A DNA stretch of 8,371 nt from Octopus vulgaris (GCA_951406725.2 CATOCA020000075.1:1-8371); one strand, 5' to 3'; shown: positions 1-8,096, numbered from the stretch's first letter. Made by a program: numbers and translations. Notes: generated from the letters alone by a model not told the origin.

Positions 1-71
1 GTCCAGGATTCGAGCTCACAACCTCATGATCGTAAGCTCGACGCTCTAACCACTGAGCCATGCGCCTTCAC
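1..71 (-). mobile_element. 5' head of a tRNA-derived SINE, truncated by the window edge
   Basis: Minus strand reads GTGAAGGCGCATGGCTCAGTGGTTAGAGCGTCGAGCTTACGATCATGAGGTTGTGAGCTCGAATCCTGGAC. Pol III A box TGGCTCAGTGG lies at 60-50 and a B-box-like GCTCGAATCC at 15-6, with tRNA spacing. The anticodon and T stems pair poorly, so this is a SINE head rather than a functional tRNA. Confidence 0.8.

Positions 72-97
<26 letters not shown>
72..97. repeat. (AT)13 microsatellite
   Basis: Perfect AT dinucleotide run between the two SINE-like fragments. Confidence 0.95.
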
Positions 98-103
<6 letters not shown>

Positions 104-104
104 A

Positions 105-279
105 TGGCACGTAAAAAGCACCCACTACACTCGCGGAGTGGTTGGCGTAAGGAAGGGCATCCAACTGTAGAAACTATGCCAGATCAGACTGGAGCCTGGA
201 GCAGCCCCTGGCCTCCCACACTCTGGTCGAACCGTCCAACCCGTGCTGGCGCGGAAAACGGACGTTACACGATGATGAT
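105..279 (+). mobile_element. 5'-truncated 3' end of a SINE or RTE-type LINE, ending in (GAT)3
   Basis: GC-balanced island inside TA repeats. It contains GTTGGCGTAAGGAAGGGCATCCAACTGTAGAAAC, which resembles the RTE-derived 3' segment shared by many SINEs (recalled, not searched). It has a terminal nested stem-loop (CGTCC 233-237 with GGACG 260-264; CCGTGC 241-246 with GCGCGG 249-254) and a short tandem tail GATGATGAT at 271-279. Confidence 0.7.
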
Positions 280-350
280 ATATGTGTAAGTATACATATA
301 TATGTATATTTATATACGTATATATATATACATATATATGTATATATATA

Positions 351-557
351 CATACATGTATATATACATACATGTATATATACATACATGTATATATACA
401 TACATGTATATATACATACATGTATATATACATACATGTATATATACATACATGTATATATACATACATGTATATATACATACATGTATATATACATACA
501 TGTATATATTCATACATGTATATATACATACATGTATATATACATACATGTATATAT
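351..557. repeat. 16-bp tandem repeat (CATACATGTATATATA), ~13 copies
   Basis: Units start every 16 bp from 351 to 543, with a single A>T variant at 510. Confidence 0.92.
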
Positions 558-574
558 GCATATGTATATATACA

Positions 575-612
<38 letters not shown>

Positions 613-678
613 TATATATACATATATGTATATATACATATATGTATATATATATATATGTATATATAGATATATATA

Positions 679-1446
679 CATATATGTATATATACATATA
701 TGTATATATACATATATGTATATATACATATATGTATATATACATATATGTATATATACATATATGTATATATACATATATCTATATATACATATATGTA
801 TATATACATATATGTATATATACATATATGTATATATACATATATGTATATATACATATATGTATATATACATATATGTATATATACATATATGTATATA
901 TACATATATGTATATATACATATATGTATATATACATATATGTATATATACATATATGTATATATACATATATGTATATATACATATATGTATATATACA
1001 TATATGTATATATACATATATGTATATATACATATATGTATATATACATATATGTATATATACATATATGTATATATACATATATGTATATATACATATA
1101 TGTATATATACATATATGTATATATATACATATATGTATATATATACATATATGTATATATACATATATGTATATATACATATATGTATATATACATATA
1201 TGTATATATACATATATGTATATATACATATATGTATATATACATATATGTATATATACATATATGTATATATACATATATGTATATATACATATATGTA
1301 TATATACATATATGTATATATACATATATGTATATATATACATATATGTATATATATACATATATGTATATATACATATATGTATATATACATATATGTA
1401 TATATACATATATGTATATATACATATATGTATATATACATATATG
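679..1446. repeat. 16-bp self-complementary tandem repeat (CATATATGTATATATA), ~47 copies
   Basis: 27 units of 16 bp (679-1110, G>C variant at 782), 2 of 18 bp, 11 of 16 bp, 2 of 18 bp, then 5 of 16 bp. Less regular copies continue to ~1855. Confidence 0.92.
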
Positions 1447-1447
1447 T

Positions 1448-1482
<35 letters not shown>

Positions 1483-1628
1483 TGTATATATACATATATG
1501 TATATATACATATATGTATATATACATATATGTATATATATATATATGTATATATACATATATACATATATGTATATATACATATATGTATATATACATA
1601 TATGTATATATATATATGTATATATACA

Positions 1629-1676
<48 letters not shown>

Positions 1677-1846
1677 TGTATATATATATATGTATATATA
1701 CATATATGTATATATATATATATATATATATACATATATGTATATATACATATATGTATATATACATATATGTATATATACATATATGTATATATACATA
1801 TATGTATATATACATATATGTATATATATATATATGTATATATACA

Positions 1847-1927
<81 letters not shown>

Positions 1928-1985
1928 TATACATATATGTATATATATATATGTATATATATATATGTATATATATGTATATATG

Positions 1986-2154
<169 letters not shown>

Positions 2155-2167
2155 ATATGTATATATA

Positions 2168-2199
<32 letters not shown>

Positions 2200-2237
2200 C
2201 ATATATATACATATATATATATACATATATGTATATA

Positions 2238-2574
<337 letters not shown>

Positions 2575-2611
2575 CATATATATAAATATATATATATACA
2601 TATATATATAA

Positions 2612-2644
<33 letters not shown>

Positions 2645-2841
2645 TATATATATATATATATATATACATATATAATATATATATATATGTATATATACTA
2701 TATATATATATATACATATATATGTACATATATGTATATATATATATGTATATATAATATATATATATATATACATCAATGATGATATATATATACATAT
2801 ATATACATATATATATATACATATATGTATATATATATATG

Positions 2842-2900
<59 letters not shown>

Positions 2901-2945
2901 TGTATATATATATATGTATATATACATATATATACATATATATAC

Positions 2946-3036
<91 letters not shown>

Positions 3037-3079
3037 CATATATATGTACATATATGTATATATATATATGTATATATAA

Positions 3080-3116
<37 letters not shown>

Positions 3117-3184
3117 GTATATATATATGTATATATACATATATATATATATGTATATATACATATATATATATGTATATATAC

Positions 3185-3211
3185 ATACTTTGATACTTTG
3201 ATACTTTGATA
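3185..3211 (-). repeat. LINE 3' tail, (TATCAAAG) x3.4
   Basis: Plus strand has ATACTTTG at 3185, 3193 and 3201, followed by ATA. An 8-bp tandem tail instead of poly(A) is typical of CR1-clade elements. Confidence 0.9.
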
Positions 3212-3217
3212 GGTTTC

Positions 3218-3231
3218 GGCCATTATTGGCC
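3218..3231 (-). other. 3'UTR hairpin, candidate RT recognition structure
   Basis: GGCCA-ATAA-TGGCC lies 6 nt upstream of the tail. A second short inverted repeat CACCA-GG-TGGTG is at 3265-3254. 3'-terminal stem-loops are known cis signals of stringent L2/CR1-group LINEs. Confidence 0.55.
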
Positions 3232-3277
3232 CAGGCCATGTCTAACTTAATAGCACCACCTGGTGAAGTCTTTCAAG

Positions 3278-3736
3278 TCAGAATTTGGGCACTATGGCCC
3301 ACTCAAGTAGAGAGTTATTGTTTACAGAGACATATCCGGGTGTAGGGGGTTTATCTGGGATTTCTTGAAGGAATCTGTCCAAAGACTTCTTGAACCCTAT
3401 AGGGTCAGTTTCTGTTTTAATGTGTTTTGGTGTAATGTTAAAGAGAGCGGGGCCAATTGAGGTGAAATAATTGTGCCGTATTGTTGTTATGAGATGAGAG
3501 TGCGATTTTTGTTTTGGGCGGATGGCACGGGGCCCAAGCCTTGGATGTACCTTAAAGGTGATGCCAACATCATTTGGGCAATGCTGATGGAATATTTTCC
3601 ACATCATGCAGATGATGTAGCACTCACGACGACGTTGGAGAGAATAGAGTTTTAGCTTTTCTAGTCGACCCCAATAGTCGAGGCCTGTCATGCCATCTAT
3701 CTTTTTTGTGATTGCCCTTTGAGGTGCTTCGACTTT
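3278..3736 (-). CDS. C-terminal part of LINE ORF2, separated by a 1-nt frameshift
   Basis: KVEAPQRAITKKIDGMTGLDYWGRLEKLKLYSLQRRRECYIICMMWKI...FKKSLDRFLQEIPDKP is the expected continuation after LWSPHTIQGIK. Stop TGA at 3280-3278. It lies within track ORF 3278..3775. Confidence 0.85.
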   Translation of the reverse strand, partial: KVEAPQRAITKKIDGMTGLDYWGRLEKLKLYSLQRRRECYIICMMWKIFHQHCPNDVGITFKVHPRLGPRAIRPKQKSHSHLITTIRHNYFTSIGPALFNITPKHIKTETDPIGFKKSLDRFLQEIPDKPPTPGYVSVNNNSLLEWAIVPKF

Positions 3737-6312
3737 TTGATACCTTGTATTGTGTGGGGAGACCACAGTGGACAACAGTATTCAAGGTGGGGTCGGGCAA
3801 AAGTGGAGAAGAGAAGGATAATGGTGTGGATATCTCTCGACTGGAAAGTTCTGAGAATCCAGGAACACATTCTGCGGGCCATGTCAACTTTGGTGTTTAT
3901 ATGAGTGGCCCAGCTTACGTTGTTGTCCACAATTACTCCCAAGTCTCTGATGTTGTTGGACGCCGCGAGAGTTTCACCTGAAGGAAGGGAGTATGGGAGT
4001 TTCAGGGCATCCTCTTTTCCAAAGTGGATTAGCTCAAATTTATCCTCGTTCAGCAGCATATTGTTTTTTTCTGCCCATTGGATAACAGCCAGTAGATCTG
4101 ACTGAAGGCATGTCCGGTCACTCGCCTCATTTATGACCTTCTGTAGCTTGGAGTCATCTGCAAAGATTTTTATGTTGCTGTGCTTGATGATGTCATTAAT
4201 GTCATTAATGTAAATGATGAAAAGAAGTGGGCCCAGCACAGTGCCTTGCGGAACGCCACTACTGACTTTGGCTGGGCTTGATTTTACCCCTTCAACTACA
4301 ACATGTTGAGATCTGTCTGTCAGGAAACACTTAATCCATTTCAGTAACTTTCCAGAGACACCAATGTTGGATAGTTTTTTCAATAGGATCTTGTGATCGA
4401 CCCTGTCGAAGGCCTTACTGAAATCAAGGTAGATGACATCGGTGTTGGAGCCCTCTCCCAAAGCTCTCAAAATGTCCTCAAAGTGATGCAGGAGCTGCGT
4501 TAGGCAGTCCCTTCCATTACGGAACCCATGTTGGTTGGAGATCAGCCGTCTGTTGCTTTCCAGAAATTGGGTTATTTGAGATCTCACCACCCTCTCAAAT
4601 ACCTTGATGATATGAGAGGTGAGTGAGATCGGACGGTAATTCACTGCAAGGGACTTGTTTCCCTTTTTGAAAACTGGGACAACAGACTGGGACAGAAGGT
4701 TTTTTGGAATATAGCCAGCATCCAGTGAGTTTCTCCACAGATTAGCAAGGGGAGATGCAAGTTGGTGTCGACACACCTTCAGGACACAAGCAGGGAACCT
4801 ATCGGGGCCTACTGCTGAATTGTGTTTTATTTCGTTTATCGCCGCTAAGACATCAGGGGCACTAAACGTTATGTCCGATATAGTGTGTTGGGGGTTGACA
4901 TCACTGATACAGCCCAGATCGGCCATATCAGGATTGCTGAAAACAGAGCAGTATTGTTTCTGCAGTATCTCGGCCATGGATTTGGCATTATCTTGGAGAG
5001 TGCCAGTTTCGTCAATTAGAGGGCCTACAGTGGAGACAGTGACCCTGCGTTTCCTCGCAAATGAAAAGAACACTTTGGGGTTGAGTTTGATTTTTTCAAT
5101 GGCCCACTTCTCCTCAGCTGATCTTTGGTTATTGATGAGGGACTTCATGCATTGTTGGAGGTTATATTTTTTGGATTCAAGCAGTGCGATAGCCGTCGAA
5201 TGTGTGTGTTGCTGTTGGCAGTACTTTAGTTTGTTAATTTTTTTGTTTGTTCTTTTTATTTTTCTGATAATGGTTTTTCTGTTTTGGGGGATTCTGCACT
5301 TTTTGTTCACAGGTCTTGGTGGGGAGTGTTTTGCACATATGTCTGTGACGGTGTCTACAAAGATCTGCCAAGATGTTTTATGGTTGGTGGAGATGTGTGT
5401 ATGTGTAAAGGACCAGTCAACATTTGATAGCTCGTTCCTGATTGCATCCCAGTTGGCTTTATGGAGATCCATGTTGTCAAATGGGTGGGCTGGAGGAAGG
5501 TCACTAGGATTAGCTTTCGGCTGGTGGAATTTCATGTTACAGAGAACCATGTCATGGTCTGAAAGAAGGGTTTTTTCCACTGTAACGTTATGTATAGTGT
5601 TAGTGTGGTTACTAAACACTAGGTCCAAAATGTTCTGATGTCTTGTTGGTGCAAGGACAAGTTGGGACAAGAAAAACTCATTCGTAAAGTCGAAAAGTGA
5701 CTCTGCTGCTTCTTTGTCAGCGGTTGAGGCGGGAGTGCTTGGTTTCAAACAGTTTGTAGTCCAGTCAACACAGGGTAGATTGAAGTCTCCCATCATGAGT
5801 ATGTTGCTAGAATGGCACTGTTGAATAAAGCACTTAATGCTGTTGAGGCATTCTTTAAAGCACAGTATGGGTGTTTGGGGCGGCCTATAGAGCCCAATTA
5901 CTGTCAGATCATTGGCTTTGTTGTGCACGGTGACTGATTCACAGTAGCCGTTGGAGAATATACTATTTCCATCTGCCGTAAATGAATCATGCAGGAAAAT
6001 GGCAGTTCCACCCTTCCTCCTGCCGATACGATCCGCGCGGATGGTTGTGAAATTCTTCACTCTCACTTCGGCTTCCAAGTGGGAGTTGTCAAGGTGGGTC
6101 TCAGTGAGAATGAAGAAAGGGATGTGGTGTGAATGGTTACCAACCCAGTCTTCAATGAATTGGACCTTCCATTTTTGTGCATTGATGGAAGGGCTGACAC
6201 CTTGTGCATTGAGTAGGAATGTGGAGGTTAGTGTAGTGGCTGGTTTTGACTGTTGCAGGGGGCTTGGATTTTTTGTGTGTGTTAGTGGCAGCAATGTGGG
6301 GAATTGGTGCAC
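3697..6312 (-). CDS. LINE ORF2: APE-type endonuclease plus reverse transcriptase (frame open from 6408; true end 3278 once the indel is repaired)
   Basis: Endonuclease motifs LLNAQG, LTETHL, RADR..RKGG, GLYRPP, GDFNLP, PTR..NILDLVF and SDH (~6220-5550). RT motifs NYRPISLTS, QHGFR, YLDFSKAFD, SGVPQGTVLGPLLF, FADD (4164-4153) and RDLGV. The track start at 6312 is GTG, not ATG. Confidence 0.95.
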   Translation of the reverse strand: MHQFPTLLPLTHTKNPSPLQQSKPATTLTSTFLLNAQGVSPSINAQKWKVQFIEDWVGNHSHHIPFFILTETHLDNSHLEAEVRVKNFTTIRADRIGRRKGGTAIFLHDSFTADGNSIFSNGYCESVTVHNKANDLTVIGLYRPPQTPILCFKECLNSIKCFIQQCHSSNILMMGDFNLPCVDWTTNCLKPSTPASTADKEAAESLFDFTNEFFLSQLVLAPTRHQNILDLVFSNHTNTIHNVTVEKTLLSDHDMVLCNMKFHQPKANPSDLPPAHPFDNMDLHKANWDAIRNELSNVDWSFTHTHISTNHKTSWQIFVDTVTDICAKHSPPRPVNKKCRIPQNRKTIIRKIKRTNKKINKLKYCQQQHTHSTAIALLESKKYNLQQCMKSLINNQRSAEEKWAIEKIKLNPKVFFSFARKRRVTVSTVGPLIDETGTLQDNAKSMAEILQKQYCSVFSNPDMADLGCISDVNPQHTISDITFSAPDVLAAINEIKHNSAVGPDRFPACVLKVCRHQLASPLANLWRNSLDAGYIPKNLLSQSVVPVFKKGNKSLAVNYRPISLTSHIIKVFERVVRSQITQFLESNRRLISNQHGFRNGRDCLTQLLHHFEDILRALGEGSNTDVIYLDFSKAFDRVDHKILLKKLSNIGVSGKLLKWIKCFLTDRSQHVVVEGVKSSPAKVSSGVPQGTVLGPLLFIIYINDINDIIKHSNIKIFADDSKLQKVINEASDRTCLQSDLLAVIQWAEKNNMLLNEDKFELIHFGKEDALKLPYSLPSGETLAASNNIRDLGVIVDNNVSWATHINTKVDMARRMCSWILRTFQSRDIHTIILLFSTFARPHLEYCCPLWSPHTIQGIKKSKHLKGQSQKR

Positions 6313-7511
6313 TGGGGTAATAGCATAGGATGGTGTTGAGTGATGGCAAGAATGTTTTTGTGTATCTCTTTTGCCATGTTCAACATGGCTAAAAAAGAAT
6401 TTTCCTGCTTAGGGAGCAGTTTTTGGCTGGAGGTGTGGTTGCACTGTTGGATAGGGTTGTAGTTTCCACTTTTATTGTTGTTGTTTTTGTGTCTTCCTGA
6501 AAAGACTGGACCAGCATTACTGCAGCATGGTGTGTTTCTATTTTTATTGTTATTCAGGTTTGTGTGTTGGCTTGAGGCCCCGTTTCTGTTTGTGCGTCGG
6601 GTCCCTGGAAGATGAGTGAAGGGACAGTCACTCAGTAGACATGTTCTCTCACGTTGGGAATACCGGCAGATTTTGGGACTCCGAGTTGTGTGTGTTTTGA
6701 ATTTCGATTTACTATTTGGTGGTGTTGATGTTATTGTGGGATGCGTGCTTTGGCCTTGGCCAGTAGTGCGTCTAGTGCCGGGTAGATGCGTGAAGATGCA
6801 GTCACTATTTGTGCAGAGTCTCTGGCGCAGTGAATAGCGGCATATTTGGGGATTTCTTGTTTGTGCCGTGGGGGGCGCATTCTGCTTCCTATGTTTCTTT
6901 AAGTTTTTGTTACTGCAGTAGTATTGAGGTGGTGATGTGGGGGAAGAGGGCAGTGGTTTCTTATTTGGTTTTCTGTTGGTATTTTTGGTGATAGAAGACG
7001 ATGGTGGCAGCGGTGGTGATGATGATGATGATAATTGTGGTGGTTGCTGTGAGAGCGGTGAAAAGATACTGGCATTTAGTGAATCGTCTAGTAAGCTAGA
7101 GTTGAGGAGTGGCTGTTGTTGTTCTTGTTGCTGTGGCTGTTGTTGTTGTTGTTGTGCCTGACCGATGTCAGGGTCAGCCATTGTGTTGGGAACCAGGAGT
7201 GGCTCATTCTGTTGTTGTTGTTGTTGTGGCTGCTGATTTTCTAGCTGTTGTTGTTCTTGAACTGTGAAAATATGTAGAAGCTTTTCATAATGGCCTCTTA
7301 TCAGTTTGAAAGATACTTCGATATGTTTCAACTTGCTACGAATCTGTTTGACGGATCGTGTGTTGACCACTTGTGATGTTTTTTCGGCAATCTCATTCAA
7401 ACACAAGACATTTAGATTTTCTGTTTGGGAAAGAGAGAGCCATGTGTTTATTAAAACATCAATTTCGTTATCAGACCAATTTCGTCTGTTGCAGGCCTGC
7501 AAGTTAGTCAT
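6282..7511 (-). CDS. LINE ORF1 nucleic-acid-binding protein (Myb/SANT-like domain, polyQ, two CCCH zinc fingers)
   Basis: 409-aa uninterrupted ORF. ATG sits in an ACAAACATGA context with no upstream ATG in the 5'UTR. N-terminal NWSDNEIDVLINTW...EIAEK...RSVKQIRSKLK, and two C-x8-C-x4-C-x3-H motifs (6842-6786 and 6668-6612). Stop TAA at 6284-6282. Confidence 0.88.
   Translation of the reverse strand: MTNLQACNRRNWSDNEIDVLINTWLSLSQTENLNVLCLNEIAEKTSQVVNTRSVKQIRSKLKHIEVSFKLIRGHYEKLLHIFTVQEQQQLENQQPQQQQQQNEPLLVPNTMADPDIGQAQQQQQQPQQQEQQQPLLNSSLLDDSLNASIFSPLSQQPPQLSSSSSPPLPPSSSITKNTNRKPNKKPLPSSPTSPPQYYCSNKNLKKHRKQNAPPTAQTRNPQICRYSLRQRLCTNSDCIFTHLPGTRRTTGQGQSTHPTITSTPPNSKSKFKTHTTRSPKICRYSQRERTCLLSDCPFTHLPGTRRTNRNGASSQHTNLNNNKNRNTPCCSNAGPVFSGRHKNNNNKSGNYNPIQQCNHTSSQKLLPKQENSFLAMLNMAKEIHKNILAITQHHPMLLPQCTNSPHCCH
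6334..6396 (-). promoter_or_regulatory. Candidate programmed -1 ribosomal frameshift signal (U_UUU_UUA plus stem-loop)
   Basis: ORF1 codons TCT TTT TTA give the heptamer at 6396-6390, and a -1 slip enters the ORF2 frame. Downstream pairings are UGUUGA (6385-6380) with UCAACA (6339-6334) and AUGGCAA (6377-6371) with UUGCCAU (6349-6343). Confidence 0.7.
7113..7259 (-). repeat. CAA/CAG triplet repeats encoding the ORF1 polyQ tracts
   Basis: Plus-strand TTG/CTG runs at 7113-7154 and 7209-7259 translate as QEQQQLENQQPQQQQQQ and QQQQQQPQQQEQQQ. Confidence 0.85.
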
Positions 7512-7793
7512 GTTTGTTTTTCTTTTGTTTGTTTTCCTTTTGATTTTTGAAAATATATATATTCTTTCTTGGGAGTTAAAGAAGTGTATATATATATAAA
7601 TGTTCTCTCTTAAGGGTGTGAGTTTTTGATTATTTGGTTGTTTGAGGATATTAAAAGAAAAACAGGTGTATATAACAATTTGTAGTTAAATGAAAACGTA
7701 CTTACGGGTTTGTAGGCAAACACGTGGTTACAAATATATATATATTTAAGGTCAGTTAGTTTTGAAGCTGTGTAGCTTGCTACTGACTCAGTA
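7512..7793 (-). promoter_or_regulatory. LINE 5'UTR with putative internal promoter
   Basis: ~280 nt A-rich leader with no ATG. It begins with the palindrome TACTGAGTCAGTA (7793-7781), which contains an Inr-like TCAGT and an AP-1-type TGAGTCA. An E-box CACGTG is at 7721-7726. Promoter function is inferred. Confidence 0.5.
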
Positions 7794-8046
7794 TATATAT
7801 ATACATAATATATATATATCCAGTATAATAGTATAATATTATATATATATATATATATATATGATAATATTTATATATATATAAGTATATATATATGTAT
7901 ATATATATATATATATATGATAATATTTACATATATAAGTATATATATATATGTATATATATATATGATAATATTTATATATATAAGTATATATATATAT
8001 TATATATATATATATATATATAGATAGATAGATATATGATAATATT

Positions 8047-8096
<50 letters not shown>

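Larger units (their letters stand above)
3185..7791 (-). mobile_element. Apparently full-length CR1-like (CR1/L2 group) non-LTR retrotransposon
   Basis: Order on the minus strand is 5'UTR (7791-7512), ORF1, overlapping ORF2 (APE + RT), short 3'UTR and an 8-bp tandem tail. The post-RT motifs RPHLEYCCPLWSPH and QRAITKKIDGM..LDYWGRLEKLKLYSLQRRR match the CR1-type C-terminus. No LTRs, RNase H or integrase are seen. Clade assignment is by motif recognition only. Confidence 0.92.

Noticed and set aside
1-71. Functional tRNA gene
   Set aside because: A and B boxes are present, but the anticodon and T stems pair poorly and the B box is altered (GCTCGA). A SINE head fits better.
351-1446. CRISPR-like regular array next to a reverse transcriptase
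   Set aside because: The units are head-to-tail with no unique spacers, there are no cas genes, and the RT is a eukaryotic APE-LINE type rather than a retron, DGR or group II intron RT.
2774-2785. CATCAATGATGA interruption in the TA array resembling a (GAT)n tail remnant
   Set aside because: Too short to assign to any element.
4820-5638. 272-aa hydrophobic antisense ORF, plus smaller plus-strand ORFs over the LINE
   Set aside because: It starts at TTG, shares codon phase with ORF2 and has no recognisable domain. It is best explained as a shadow of the A/C-rich coding strand.
6310-6312. GTG as the real ORF2 start
   Set aside because: This is only the ORF-finder choice. The frame is open 96 nt further upstream and includes the slippery site. 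Non-AUG reinitiation cannot be excluded but has no positive support.
7700-7705. GTAAGT splice donor in the 5'UTR (minus strand)
   Set aside because: There is no convincing polypyrimidine-YAG acceptor before the ORF1 ATG, and a 6-mer match is expected by chance.
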